Shown one piece after another: positions 19,544 to 30,551 of a DNA stretch of 64,000 nucleotides. The position numbers and the translations under genes are program-made. The notes below the pieces were generated by a model, which did not search any database, was not told the origin of the DNA, and saw only the letters and a program-made list of their open reading frames with translations. The stretch's first letter is position 1, and the number at the start of each line of letters is the position of its first letter. This DNA is from Patescibacteria group bacterium (lineage in GTDB: Bacteria; Patescibacteriota; Patescibacteriia; UBA2591; UBA6264), in NCBI GenBank assembly GCA_016784145.1, contig JADHVF010000001.1, positions 26,367 to 90,366 of the forward strand, in the 5' to 3' direction.

Positions 19544-20576
19544 TAAAATTGAAGCAATTAAAAAGAAAGCAATTGAAGAAATTGATAAAGCAAAAAACAT
19601 AGAGTTGCTTGCCAAAATTTGGAGAAAATATTTTGGCAGAAAGAACGGAGAGCTTAGTAATATTTTAAGAGATATTAAAAATATTCCCAAAAACAGAAGA
19701 AAAGAAGTTGGTTCTTTTGCAAACAAGAGCAAGCTTATAATTGAAAACAATATAGCTAGTAAGAAACAAGAATTAAGTTTATCAACCAAATCTTCTTTAA
19801 TTGATAAAATAGATATTACTTTGCCTGGCAAAAACATAGATTTCGGTCACTTACACCCCATTACTCAGATTAGACGTAAAGTATCTGAGATTTTTTCCTC
19901 CATGGGATTTGAGATTTTAGAAGGATATGAATTAGAGACAGATTATTATAATTTTGAAGCATTGAATATTCCGGCCGGGCATCCAGCCAGAGATATGTGG
20001 GACACATTTTGGTTGTCTGAAGACAAGAATTCAAAGAAAAAAGATAAATTTTTATTACGAACACATACATCTCCTATGCAAGCTAGAGTAATGGAAAAAA
20101 AAGACCCACCATTGCGAGTAATTGTGCCTGGTAGATGTTTTAGGCCAGAAGCAACTGATGCATCTCATGAGCATACATTTTATCAATTGGAAGGGTTTGT
20201 TGTTGATGAAGACATTACAATTTCTAACTTAATATATACATTAAGAAGTTTTCTCTCTTCTTTATTTAAAGAAAGCATTGAAGTAAGATTGAGGCCGGGT
20301 TATTTTCCTTTTGTTGAACCAGGGTTTGAATTAGATTTTCAATGCGTTTTTTGTAAGGGAAGGGGATGTTCTGTTTGTAAAAAAACTGGGTGGGTTGAAC
20401 TAATACCTTGTGGAATGATACATCCAAAAGTTTTTGAACACGCGGGTTATAAAAAAGGAAAATACACTGGATTTGCTTTTGGGGCTGGGCTTGACAGAGT
20501 TGTAATGATGAAAGCAAGAATTGATGATATTAGGTGGTTTCATAAAGGTGATTTAAGATTTATAAAACAATTTTAA
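19536..20576 (+). CDS. pheS: Phenylalanine--tRNA ligase alpha subunit
   Basis: HPARDMWDTF, LLRTHTS, YFPFVEP, GFAFG. Confidence 0.97.
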   Translation: MINKIEAIKKKAIEEIDKAKNIELLAKIWRKYFGRKNGELSNILRDIKNIPKNRRKEVGSFANKSKLIIENNIASKKQELSLSTKSSLIDKIDITLPGKNIDFGHLHPITQIRRKVSEIFSSMGFEILEGYELETDYYNFEALNIPAGHPARDMWDTFWLSEDKNSKKKDKFLLRTHTSPMQARVMEKKDPPLRVIVPGRCFRPEATDASHEHTFYQLEGFVVDEDITISNLIYTLRSFLSSLFKESIEVRLRPGYFPFVEPGFELDFQCVFCKGRGCSVCKKTGWVELIPCGMIHPKVFEHAGYKKGKYTGFAFGAGLDRVVMMKARIDDIRWFHKGDLRFIKQF

Positions 20577-20577
20577 T

Positions 20578-22908
20578 ATGGACTTATCTTATAACTGGTT
20601 AAAACAACTTACTAAAACTAAAAAAACTCCAAAGCAGTTGGCAGATATTTTTAGTATGCATACGGCTGAAGTTGAAAGAGTAACCAAGCCAATAGATTGC
20701 TTGAAAGATTTAATAGTTGCTGAAATTATTAAAATAGCTAAACATCCGAATGCAGATAAGTTAAAAATTGTAACAGTAAAAACAGTTGTTAATAAAAAAA
20801 ATAAAATATTTAAAATAGTTTGTGGAGATTTAAATATTAAAAACAAGCAAAAAGTACCATTGGCATTATCAGGAACAAAACTTATTAATGACCTAGAAAT
20901 AACCAAAAGCACTATCAGGGGAATAAAATCAGATGGAATGCTTTGTGCAGAGGATGAAATGGGAATAGGTAGTGACCATGAAGGGATTTATGTTTTTCCT
21001 AAAAACATAAAAGTAGGCATGAGGGTTGACAAGGCATTGGGACTTGATGATTCTATTTTGGAAATAGAGAATAAATCAATTACTCATAGAGCAGATTTAT
21101 TTAATCATATTGGTTTTGCTAGAGAAATGGCAGTATTGGGGGTTGGCAATTTTGATGAATCTTTATTTGACAAGCAAAAGAAATTAAACCTAAAAACAAA
21201 TATCAATTTAGATATTAAGGTTAAAGATAATATTTCCTGCTCAAGATATATGGCGATTGTGATGGATAATATAAAAATTGAACCATCTCCAAGATGGATG
21301 CAAGAGAAATTAATGTGTTTAGGGCTTAAGCCAATAAATAATGTGGTTGATATTACGAATTATATTTTAAATGAAATTGGACAGCCATTACATGCATTTG
21401 ATTTTGATAGAATTTCAGGTAATAAAATTTTAATTCGCCCGGCGGTTAATAAAGAGAAATTATTATTATTAGATGGTCAAGAATATAGTTTAAATAAAAA
21501 TGATTTAATAATTTCTGACAAAAATAGACCAATTGCTTTGGCTGGTATAATGGGAGGAGAGTTTTCAGGCATAAACAATAATACAACTACAATTGTTATT
21601 GAGTCGGCTAATTTTAATGGTCCTATGATAAGGAGAAGTTCCAGGATTTCGGGGATTAGAACAGATTCTTCTATTAGGTTTGAAAAAGGTTTGCCGATTA
21701 ATTTTCCAGCCATTGGACTACTAAGAGCTGTTGAACTAATAAAACAATTAGCACAAGGTAGAGTGATTAGTAAAATATATGATATTCAAAGTGAGACTGC
21801 TTCTAAAAAAATAAAAAAACCAGTTAATATAAAGTTTAATTTTGATGAGGCAGCTAAATTTATTGGTAGTAAAATAAATAAACAAGCAGTAATTTTAATT
21901 TTGAAAAAGTTAGGGTGTAAAATAATTTTAAATCAAAAACAAAGTATAACTATTATTCCTCCAATTCATAGACCGGATTTAAATATTTTTCCAGATATAA
22001 TTGAAGAAATAATTAGAGTTCAAGGGACGACTAATATTGTCCCAAAACCAATAAAAACAGAATTAAAGCCAGTTTTATTAAGTGATGACTTCTTTTTAGA
22101 TGATAAGTTAAAAAATATTTTAGTTGGGATTGGATTTGATGAAGTTTATAATTATTCTTTTTATGGAGATTCAGGATTGAATAATTTTATTGTTGGGAAT
22201 TTATATCATAAAAAAATAAAAAATCCTTTAAATCCAGAACAAAAATATTTAAGAGTGAGTTTAATTCCAGGACTTCTAAAAAATGCTGTTAATAATTCTA
22301 AATATTTTTCAAAATTTAAAATTTTTGAAACTGGTAAAGTATTCTTAAAAAAAGAAGAAAAAAATATAGCTGGATTGATTTTTGGGAAATATAAAAATAT
22401 TTATCTTGAGATAAAAGGAGTAGTTGAATTATTTTTAGACAAAATAAGGATTAGTAAAAATAATTTGGAATATAAAACCAAATCAAATAATATTGTAGAA
22501 ATATTTTATAAAAAAAAGAAAATAGGCGTTATTGTAACCATTGACAAGCAAACAGCTGTTTTTGAATGTAATATCAATTTTTTGGATAATTTAAGAGATA
22601 AACAAGGTTTTTATAAACCAATTTCTCTTTTTCCTTCCATTAAAAGAGATATGGCATTTTTAATTGAGAAAAAAAATAAATGGAAAGATATTTTTGATAC
22701 AGTCAATAACATTGACCCATTAATTAAATCAGTTGATTTATTTGATGTTTTTGAAGATAAAAAATTCAAAAACAAACAAAGTATTGCTTTTCGTCTTATT
22801 TTTCAATCTAATAAAAAAACAATTGAGTCTGAAGAGGTTGATAGAATTCAATCAGTCATTACAACCAGGTTGGCTAAAAAATTTAAGGCAAAATTAAGAG
22901 ATTTTTAG
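20578..22908 (+). CDS. pheT: Phenylalanine--tRNA ligase beta subunit
   Basis: HPNADKL, INNVVDITNY, GQPLHAFD, RFEKG, C-terminal FDX-ACB domain. Confidence 0.96.
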   Translation: MDLSYNWLKQLTKTKKTPKQLADIFSMHTAEVERVTKPIDCLKDLIVAEIIKIAKHPNADKLKIVTVKTVVNKKNKIFKIVCGDLNIKNKQKVPLALSGTKLINDLEITKSTIRGIKSDGMLCAEDEMGIGSDHEGIYVFPKNIKVGMRVDKALGLDDSILEIENKSITHRADLFNHIGFAREMAVLGVGNFDESLFDKQKKLNLKTNINLDIKVKDNISCSRYMAIVMDNIKIEPSPRWMQEKLMCLGLKPINNVVDITNYILNEIGQPLHAFDFDRISGNKILIRPAVNKEKLLLLDGQEYSLNKNDLIISDKNRPIALAGIMGGEFSGINNNTTTIVIESANFNGPMIRRSSRISGIRTDSSIRFEKGLPINFPAIGLLRAVELIKQLAQGRVISKIYDIQSETASKKIKKPVNIKFNFDEAAKFIGSKINKQAVILILKKLGCKIILNQKQSITIIPPIHRPDLNIFPDIIEEIIRVQGTTNIVPKPIKTELKPVLLSDDFFLDDKLKNILVGIGFDEVYNYSFYGDSGLNNFIVGNLYHKKIKNPLNPEQKYLRVSLIPGLLKNAVNNSKYFSKFKIFETGKVFLKKEEKNIAGLIFGKYKNIYLEIKGVVELFLDKIRISKNNLEYKTKSNNIVEIFYKKKKIGVIVTIDKQTAVFECNINFLDNLRDKQGFYKPISLFPSIKRDMAFLIEKKNKWKDIFDTVNNIDPLIKSVDLFDVFEDKKFKNKQSIAFRLIFQSNKKTIESEEVDRIQSVITTRLAKKFKAKLRDF

Positions 22909-22915
22909 AAAATAT

Positions 22916-23905
22916 ATGAAATATGATATTATTACAATTGGAGGAGCTATGAGAGATATCTTTTTTTATACAAAAGAAGGGAAAATCATAGAAACCCCTA
23001 AAGACAGGTTATGTGATAGCATAATCGGCTTTGAAGTTGGCTCAAAAGCATATATTGATAAGGTTTATTTTCAGGGTGGCGGAGGAGCAAATAATACGGC
23101 GGCTGGTTTTGCAAGCATGGGTATAAAAACAGGAATCATAGCTAGAGTAGGCGATGATAAAGAAGGAGAGTCCTTGTTATTGGAGATGAACAAGAGAAAA
23201 ATAAGCACAGATTTAATGCAAATAGATAAAAAAAATAGCACAGGCTTTTCTTTTATTCTTGGGCTTACTAGGAAAAGAAAGCATGTGATTTTTGCTTATA
23301 GGGGAGCTAGTGATTATTTTGTTTTCCCTTTTAATTCATATAAATCATTAAAAGCAAGTTGGTTTTATATATCTTCGTTAAGTTGTGTTGATTGGCCAGT
23401 AGCCATGAAAAATATTTTTAAAGTAATTAAAGCATCAAAAACATTAGTTGGTTGGAACCCAACTAATGTACAGATAAGCTCAGGCTATAATGGTTTGAAA
23501 AAATTTTTACAAATGACAGATGTTTTTGTTTTGAATGAAGACGAAGCAAGGGAATTAGTTCTTTCCAGAAAAAAAATTAAAGATTTAAATGTGCGCTCTC
23601 TTATTAAGGAAATTTATGATATGGGGCCTAAAATTGTTGTAATTACAGTTGGGCCAAGAGGAGCTTATGCTTATAATGGGCAGAAAATTTTTTATCAAAT
23701 GGAAATGCCTGCTAAAGTAATTAATGCCACGGGCGCGGGTGATTCTTTTTCTTCAGGTTTTATTGGTAGTTTATTTTATCATCCCGGAGATATAAGCAAT
23801 GCTTTGCGCTGGGGGGTGGCAAATTCTACTTCAGTAATAAAAAAAACAGGGGCACAAATAGGCCTCTTAAATAAGCGTCAAATAAATAAATATCCTGATA
23901 TTTAG
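22916..23905 (+). CDS. PfkB/ribokinase-family carbohydrate kinase
   Basis: GGGANNTA, NEDEA, ATGAGDSFSSG. Confidence 0.9.
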   Translation: MKYDIITIGGAMRDIFFYTKEGKIIETPKDRLCDSIIGFEVGSKAYIDKVYFQGGGGANNTAAGFASMGIKTGIIARVGDDKEGESLLLEMNKRKISTDLMQIDKKNSTGFSFILGLTRKRKHVIFAYRGASDYFVFPFNSYKSLKASWFYISSLSCVDWPVAMKNIFKVIKASKTLVGWNPTNVQISSGYNGLKKFLQMTDVFVLNEDEARELVLSRKKIKDLNVRSLIKEIYDMGPKIVVITVGPRGAYAYNGQKIFYQMEMPAKVINATGAGDSFSSGFIGSLFYHPGDISNALRWGVANSTSVIKKTGAQIGLLNKRQINKYPDI

Positions 23906-23910
23906 AAATT

Positions 23911-25773
23911 ATGAAAAAAATAAAAACACCTTTAGATAAACTTCATAATCTTTATGTTAAAGATTATGAAAAACTTTATAAAGAGTCGATTGATAATCCA
24001 AATAAGTTTTGGGAGAAAATTGCTAATGAATTGGAATGGTATAAGCCATGGAGAAAGGCTTTGAAGTGGAGACGATTATTTGCTAAATGGTTTGTTGGGG
24101 CTAAATGTAATATTATTCATAATGCAATAGATAGACACATTAATTCAGGTAATGGGAACAAGACAGCCTTACTATGGGAGGGACAAGATGGCACAGAAAG
24201 AAAGTTTTCTTATAATGAACTAAATGAACAAGTATGTAAAACAGCTAATGCTTTTAAGAGCTTGGGGATAACTAAAGGAGATAGAATAAGTATTTATTTA
24301 CCAAGAGTGCCAGAACAAATAATTGCAATGCTTGCTTCTGCTAAAATAGGAGCAATTCATAGTGTTGTTTATTGTGGCTTTAGCGTAGAAGCATTAAAAA
24401 CAAGAGTTAAAGATGCTAATGCTAAAATTGTAATTACCACGGATGGCTATAATTATCATGAAAAACTTATAAAAACAAAAGAAATTGTTGATAAAGCAAT
24501 TAAAGACATAGTTAGTGTCAAAACATTGTTAGTAGTTAGAAGATTGGGAAACAAAGTAGACATGAAAGACTCAAGAGATATTTATTATGATGAATTAATT
24601 GCTCAACAAAGTTCAAAATGTAAGACAGAACAATTAAGCTCTGACACGCCCTTGTTTATTTTATATACTTCTGGAACAACTGGAAAACCAAAAGGAGTGA
24701 TACATGTTCATGGTGGATATATGGTCGGAATTTATATTACCCTCAAGTGGATTTTTAATATTCATTCAAATGATGTTTGGTGGTGCACTGCAGACCCTGG
24801 TTGGATTACAGGTCATTCGTATATTGCTTATGCTCCCTTTATATGTGGGACAACCCAGTTTTTTTATGAAGGTCCACCATTGTATCCTACTCCTGGAAAA
24901 TGGTGGGAATTGATTGAAAAATATAAGGTTACAAAATTTTATAGTACTCCAACGGCTATTCGTGCTTCAATGAAATATGGAGAAAAATGGCCTCAAAAAT
25001 ATAGCTTAGATTCCCTTAAAATACTTGGCAGTGTTGGCGAACCAATTAATCCAGAGGCTTGGCATTGGTATTATAAGTACATAGGGCAAAACAGATGTCC
25101 AATAATGGATACTTGGTGGCAGACAGAAACAGGCATGCAGATGATAACTAGTTTTCCTGTAACAGAATTAAAACCAGGCTCAGCTGGCAGACCATTTTTT
25201 GGAGTTAAGGCAGAGGTTGTTGATAAAAATGGAAAACAGCTACCAGTTAATAAAGATGGCTTTTTAGTTATTAAATCACAATGGCCAGCCATGCTTAGAA
25301 CTTTATATAAAAATAAAAAAAGATATAAAAAAGTATATTTCAAGGAGATAAAAGGGGCATTTTTTGCTGGAGATGCAGCTAAAATAGATGAAGATGGTTA
25401 TTTTTGGATACAAGGGAGAACAGATGATGTTTTAAAGGTATCGGGATATAGATTTGGCACAGCTGAATTAGAGAGCGCTTTCGTGAGTTATCCAGACATT
25501 GTTGAAGCAGCTGTAATAGGTGTTCCTGACGAGATTAAGGGAGAAGCAATTAAAGCATTTGTTATTTTAAAACAAGGTTGTGAAAAATCAGAAGAATTAA
25601 AAAAGAAAATTGCTAATCATGTCAGAACAGAAGTTGGTCCAATTGCTAAACCAAGAGAAATTGATTTTGTTGATTCTTTACCAAAAACAAGAAGTGGCAA
25701 AATTATGAGAAGGATACTAAAGGCAAAAGAGTTGGGGAAAGAGATAGGAGATACATCGACTTTAGAAAATTAA
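23911..25773 (+). CDS. acs: Acetyl-CoA synthetase (AMP-forming)
   Basis: YTSGTTGKPKG, ADPGWITGHSY, SVGEPINP, DTWWQTETG, LPKTRSGKIMRR. Confidence 0.95.
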   Translation: MKKIKTPLDKLHNLYVKDYEKLYKESIDNPNKFWEKIANELEWYKPWRKALKWRRLFAKWFVGAKCNIIHNAIDRHINSGNGNKTALLWEGQDGTERKFSYNELNEQVCKTANAFKSLGITKGDRISIYLPRVPEQIIAMLASAKIGAIHSVVYCGFSVEALKTRVKDANAKIVITTDGYNYHEKLIKTKEIVDKAIKDIVSVKTLLVVRRLGNKVDMKDSRDIYYDELIAQQSSKCKTEQLSSDTPLFILYTSGTTGKPKGVIHVHGGYMVGIYITLKWIFNIHSNDVWWCTADPGWITGHSYIAYAPFICGTTQFFYEGPPLYPTPGKWWELIEKYKVTKFYSTPTAIRASMKYGEKWPQKYSLDSLKILGSVGEPINPEAWHWYYKYIGQNRCPIMDTWWQTETGMQMITSFPVTELKPGSAGRPFFGVKAEVVDKNGKQLPVNKDGFLVIKSQWPAMLRTLYKNKKRYKKVYFKEIKGAFFAGDAAKIDEDGYFWIQGRTDDVLKVSGYRFGTAELESAFVSYPDIVEAAVIGVPDEIKGEAIKAFVILKQGCEKSEELKKKIANHVRTEVGPIAKPREIDFVDSLPKTRSGKIMRRILKAKELGKEIGDTSTLEN

Positions 25774-25787
25774 GATATCAGCTAAAT

Positions 25788-26864
25788 ATGAATGATACTA
25801 AAATAACAATAGTCATTATAAATTATAATGGATTAAAATATCTCCCTGATTGTTTTGATAGTTTGAGCCAGCAAACATTTTTGCCTATTAAAGTTATTGT
25901 TGTGGATAACAATTCAATTGATGGCAGTAGAGATTATTTAAAAAAATGGAAAACAAGTAAGTTTAAGTTTGAAATTATTTTAAATAAAAAAAATAGAGGA
26001 TTTGCGGAAGCAAACAATCAAGCAATGATAGAAGATCTTAATAGTCGTGATTCTAGTGATTATATTTTTATGTTAAATCAGGATACTGTTATGGACAAAA
26101 ATTGCCTACTTGAATTATCAAGCCAGGCAAGTTTTTTTTCAAGAAAAAAGATTTTTGCATGGCAACCATTAATTCTATGTTTTTCAGATAAAAAATTAAT
26201 TCAAACATCGGGAGACAAGATTCATTTTTTAGGATTTGGTTATTCAGGAGATTTTAAAAAGCCAATAACTGAATTTTTAGCCACCAAAACATCTGAATTT
26301 CCTAGTATTACATATGCTTCTGGAGCAGGTATGTTTATAAATACAAAAGCATTAAAGCAAGTGGGATTACTGGACAAGGATTTGTTTATGTATCACGAAG
26401 ATTTAGACATTTGTCTTAGAGCGAGATTTTTAGGATATGATATTTTATTAAATGACAAGGCAATTGTTTATCATAAATATACAGAAGAAATTTCAAATCT
26501 TCGTTGGTACTGGTCAGAAAGAAATAGACAATTAACTTTATTAAAATTTTATAAAACAAGTACACTGCTATTGCTTTATCCGTTGATTTGGGCAATGGAT
26601 ACAGGCGTTTTATTTTTTAGTATTTTTGATGGTTGGGGGCGCTTGAAAATAAAAAGTTATTTTTCCTGTTCTTTACAAATATTTAAGGTATTAAAAAAAA
26701 GAAAAAGGATCCAGGGGTCTAGAAAAATTAATGACAAAGAATTTGCTACCTTGTTGGAAAGTAAATTTGATTTTGCTGGCTTTGAACATCCTTTAATAAA
26801 ATATTTAGTAAATCCAATCTTTGGCTTTATTTGGAATATTTTAAAAAAAATTATTATATGGTAA
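25788..26864 (+). CDS. GT2-family glycosyltransferase
   Basis: VVDNNSIDGS, GFAEANN, LNQD, FMYHEDLD. Confidence 0.9.
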   Translation: MNDTKITIVIINYNGLKYLPDCFDSLSQQTFLPIKVIVVDNNSIDGSRDYLKKWKTSKFKFEIILNKKNRGFAEANNQAMIEDLNSRDSSDYIFMLNQDTVMDKNCLLELSSQASFFSRKKIFAWQPLILCFSDKKLIQTSGDKIHFLGFGYSGDFKKPITEFLATKTSEFPSITYASGAGMFINTKALKQVGLLDKDLFMYHEDLDICLRARFLGYDILLNDKAIVYHKYTEEISNLRWYWSERNRQLTLLKFYKTSTLLLLYPLIWAMDTGVLFFSIFDGWGRLKIKSYFSCSLQIFKVLKKRKRIQGSRKINDKEFATLLESKFDFAGFEHPLIKYLVNPIFGFIWNILKKIIIW

Positions 26865-26869
26865 TTTTT

Positions 26870-27031
26870 TTAATTTATAATTCTTAATATAGTTGTAGTC
26901 ATTTTGAGAAAGATTATAAGCCCTTTAATATCAGTAGCAGTAGTTACAAAAATAGAAGAACCTAGAGTTGGATCCAGGTTTATTTTTTTTAAAATATTTA
27001 GAGCAGAATAGTTTGCTCTTTTTCTATGAAG
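26870..27031 (-). pseudogene. mgtE: Remnant of the C-terminal transmembrane end of an MgtE Mg2+ transporter
   Basis: Translated by hand: open frame without an N-terminal start, ...ILKKINLDPTLGSSIFVTTATDIKGLIIFLKMTTTILRIIN*. Matches the MgtE TM5 pattern DPAxxSxxFxTTxxD. Confidence 0.6.
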
Positions 27032-27130
27032 TCATAATAATATTTCTTGATTCTACAAAATAGTAATTTTTGGCTTAAAAGTCAATTTTATCTTGCTTTT
27101 TAAGTTAATTTTAAATATAATAAAAGTTAT

Positions 27131-28306
27131 ATGAGCATGAAAATAGCCCACATTGTTTCAACTTTTCTACCATATAAGGGAGGCATGGGAAATGTTTGTT
27201 TGAAAGAAGCAGAGGCCATGGCCAAACAAGGGCATAAAATTATTGTTTTTACTCTTGATAAAGGGAAAAGGAGTAATACTAAAATAGATAATCTCAACAT
27301 TGAATACATAAAACCAATCTTTAGATATGGCAACACTGGTTTTGTGCCGAATATTTATAAAAAATTAAAACAATTTGACATTATTCATATCCACTGGCCA
27401 TTTATTGGTGGAGCAGATGTGGTTATTTTGTGGAAATATATTAGCAGAAGCAAAATTCCAGTGGTTGTTCAGTATGACATGGATTTAGTAGATACTGGCA
27501 TAAGAGGGGTTGTCTTTAATATTTACAATACTTTTTTTAATTTTTTGTTTGCAAGAATTGCTGATAAAATAATTGTTAATTCTTTTGACTATGCTCGTCA
27601 TACAAATATAAAGAAATATTTAAAAAAATATAAAGAAAAATTTTTACAAATTCCTCATGGTGTTGATGATAAAAGGTTTTATCCATCTAAAAAAAATGAG
27701 GAATTATTAAAAAAATATAATATTCAAAAACAAGATAAAGTTATTTTATTTGTAGGTGGACTTGATAGAGCTCATTATTTTAAAGGCATTGGTATTTTAA
27801 TAAAAGCATATCAAAAATTGATATTAGAATATAAAATCAGGGGAGTAAAATTATTAATTATTGGTAAAGGGGATTTACTTGTTAAATATAAAAAATTAGC
27901 AAATAAGTTAAATATAAGTAGAAATATAATTTTTACTGGTAGCGTTTCAGATGAATCTTTGCCAGATTATTATAATTTATCAGATATTTTTGTATTAGCA
28001 TCAACAACAAGATCAGAATCATTTGGTCTTGTTTTGCTTGAAGCAATGGCTTGTCAAAAGCCAGTTATAGTATCAAATCTTCCTGGGCCAAGGAAGCTGG
28101 TTAAAGATAATGGTCTTGTTTTTGAAATAAATGATTATAAAGATTTGGCAAGGAAAATAAAAGCATTGCTAAAAGACGAGATTAAAAGAGAATATTTTGG
28201 AGAACAAAGTTTAGTTTTGGTTAAAGAAAAATATCAATGGCAAAAAATAAACAAAGAACTAGGTCAAGTTTATGAAAAAATTATCAATAATCAAAGAAAT
28301 AAATAA
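27131..28306 (+). CDS. GT4-family glycosyltransferase
   Basis: GGMG N-terminal motif, FVGGLDRAHYFKG, ESFGLVLLEAMAC. Confidence 0.92.
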   Translation: MSMKIAHIVSTFLPYKGGMGNVCLKEAEAMAKQGHKIIVFTLDKGKRSNTKIDNLNIEYIKPIFRYGNTGFVPNIYKKLKQFDIIHIHWPFIGGADVVILWKYISRSKIPVVVQYDMDLVDTGIRGVVFNIYNTFFNFLFARIADKIIVNSFDYARHTNIKKYLKKYKEKFLQIPHGVDDKRFYPSKKNEELLKKYNIQKQDKVILFVGGLDRAHYFKGIGILIKAYQKLILEYKIRGVKLLIIGKGDLLVKYKKLANKLNISRNIIFTGSVSDESLPDYYNLSDIFVLASTTRSESFGLVLLEAMACQKPVIVSNLPGPRKLVKDNGLVFEINDYKDLARKIKALLKDEIKREYFGEQSLVLVKEKYQWQKINKELGQVYEKIINNQRNK

Positions 28307-30551
28307 GGATAAATATTTAATTTTCAGCATAACATCATTGTTGTCAGTTATTATTTGGTATTTTAATTTTGAATTTTGGCAAAATCAAATTCTTTATTTT
28401 TTTATTTTTTTTATTTATGTAGTTATAAATTCAAGTTGTCTTGGTAAAATATTGGGGTACTTTGGATTCGAAGAAGAGTTACAATTTATTTTTGGAATAT
28501 TTGCATTACTTTATTTGATTGCGTTTGGCATGGCAATTCCGATAGTTTTTTTCAAGATAACACCTGTTTGGTTGTTATGCTTGCTTTTATGTTTATCTTT
28601 GATTTTGTCTTTTATTTCAAAAAAAATTAAATATTCTTCAAAAAAAATTACTTTAATTAAATCAAAATTTATTTTTAAAGTACCGAAGGCAAATATTGTT
28701 TTTGGTGTTTTTCTTTGGTTGTTTTGTTTTTTTCTTTTGTTTTATTCTAGGACAGGTCAATATATTCGTTCTCCATGGACAGTTATTCATCCTCTATATC
28801 TTTATGCTTGGGCTGGAATTATTTTTATGACGGGTTGCCTTGTTTTTTCAAAAATAAAATTAAAATATTTTTTAATAATAATTGTTTTAATGTCTTTTTT
28901 AACCCATGCTTATTTGTTGATTCCATATAAGTCTGGTTTTGGTGGAGACAAGTGGAGACACATTGGGGCAGCCAAGTCATTAATGCAAGGAAATGCATAT
29001 AAGCCCTCCTTGTTAGATGAGGAAATTACATATAAAGAGTTTGGTTCTTTTAAAATTCCAGAAGTATTTATTGCTGGCAATAAAACTTCATATGCAAACA
29101 TGTGGGGGATGACAATTGCTTTATCATGGTTGTTAGGTGTTGATGTTTTTTACATTGATTTGATTTTAGGGATTATTCTTTTTTCGCTTTTTTTACCCTA
29201 CTTGCTTTTAAAAATAGGGAGTTTTATATCTCAAAAAAAGACATTTTTATTTTTATTTGTTTTGTCTTCATTTTTGTTTTATCCTTTGCAAGCATATGCA
29301 AGTATTACCGTCCCAATGAGTTTTGCTTTTTTGCCTTTTTTGTTTTCTCTAATTTTTTTATTAAAATATTTTTCAGAAAAATTTAGTTCTAAAAAATTAT
29401 TTTATTATCTTTTGTTTTTTAGTATATTTTTGTATTTTAATTATATTTTATATTTAATTTTATTTATAGAAATTTTATTTTTACTTATTTTGTTTAAAAA
29501 TATTTCATTTAAAAAATTATCAAGTATAAAAATTATTTTATTATTAGTTGGTTGTTTTATGCTGTTGTTATTTTTTATTCCTATTTTAGATACATATAAT
29601 AATTATTCATGGTTTAAGGATGATATTCCAAGTATTGGAAAAAGTTTTAAAGAATTTTCTAAAAATATTTTATATTCAAATGTAATATTCCCTAGAAGTT
29701 ATGGCTTTGAACAGGACAATTGGCTTTATGCTACAACAGGATTAAATTTAAGCAGGTCAATTCTATCTGAAATTTTGCCATGGAATTTTATTTTAACACC
29801 ATTGCTTTGGGTAATTATATTATTTGGAATAATTTTTTATAAAAAATTAAAACAACCTAAAATAGTAATATTGTTTCTTTTTCTTTTAATATTGGTTTTT
29901 GCAAGTCAAATGATAGCTACTTACTTTATGGAAGGCAATCATATTTTTAGTAAACGTCTCGTTATTTTTAGTTCGTTTTTAGTTATGATTTTATTATCCT
30001 GGGGAGGTCATCAATTAGTAGAAAATTTATCATTAAAGTTTTTTTCTTTTAAGGCAATTGTTTATTTGCTGGCTTTATTTTTCTCTCTGGTGGCTACTAG
30101 TGTTTATATGTCAGGGCCAAAGTTCCAAGTAGTAACTGCTGATGAATATCAATCAGCTAAATATGTTTGGCAAGCAATAGAATCAGAGGTTTCTGAAACA
30201 GGGAATGCTTGTGTGCTTGCAAATACGTGGCCATTATTGGCCTTGGAGGCAGTTTCAAGTCGGCAGATTTTAACTGGAGGGTTTCCTTTTTATTATGAGT
30301 ATAGACAACCAGAAAGAGTTCAATTATTTCAGAACATGAATGAATCTCCTTCTGTTCGTTATTTAGATAAATCCATAGAAATCACTAAGTCAAAAAATTG
30401 TTATTTCATGACTGAATCAAGATGGATTTTATTTGATAAAAGGGAAGAAATAGTTGAGCAAATAGATAAAATAATAGGGGGTCATATTAATATTGGTAAG
30501 GTTATGATATGGAAATATCAACCAAATCATTTAATAAAAAATAGTTTATGA
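28272..30551 (+). CDS. Large polytopic membrane protein, possibly a GT-C-type glycosyltransferase
   Basis: About 15 or more hydrophobic segments, loop motif GGDKWRH, soluble C-terminal domain; coupled to the GT4 gene. Confidence 0.55.
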   Translation: MKKLSIIKEINKDKYLIFSITSLLSVIIWYFNFEFWQNQILYFFIFFIYVVINSSCLGKILGYFGFEEELQFIFGIFALLYLIAFGMAIPIVFFKITPVWLLCLLLCLSLILSFISKKIKYSSKKITLIKSKFIFKVPKANIVFGVFLWLFCFFLLFYSRTGQYIRSPWTVIHPLYLYAWAGIIFMTGCLVFSKIKLKYFLIIIVLMSFLTHAYLLIPYKSGFGGDKWRHIGAAKSLMQGNAYKPSLLDEEITYKEFGSFKIPEVFIAGNKTSYANMWGMTIALSWLLGVDVFYIDLILGIILFSLFLPYLLLKIGSFISQKKTFLFLFVLSSFLFYPLQAYASITVPMSFAFLPFLFSLIFLLKYFSEKFSSKKLFYYLLFFSIFLYFNYILYLILFIEILFLLILFKNISFKKLSSIKIILLLVGCFMLLLFFIPILDTYNNYSWFKDDIPSIGKSFKEFSKNILYSNVIFPRSYGFEQDNWLYATTGLNLSRSILSEILPWNFILTPLLWVIILFGIIFYKKLKQPKIVILFLFLLILVFASQMIATYFMEGNHIFSKRLVIFSSFLVMILLSWGGHQLVENLSLKFFSFKAIVYLLALFFSLVATSVYMSGPKFQVVTADEYQSAKYVWQAIESEVSETGNACVLANTWPLLALEAVSSRQILTGGFPFYYEYRQPERVQLFQNMNESPSVRYLDKSIEITKSKNCYFMTESRWILFDKREEIVEQIDKIIGGHINIGKVMIWKYQPNHLIKNSL

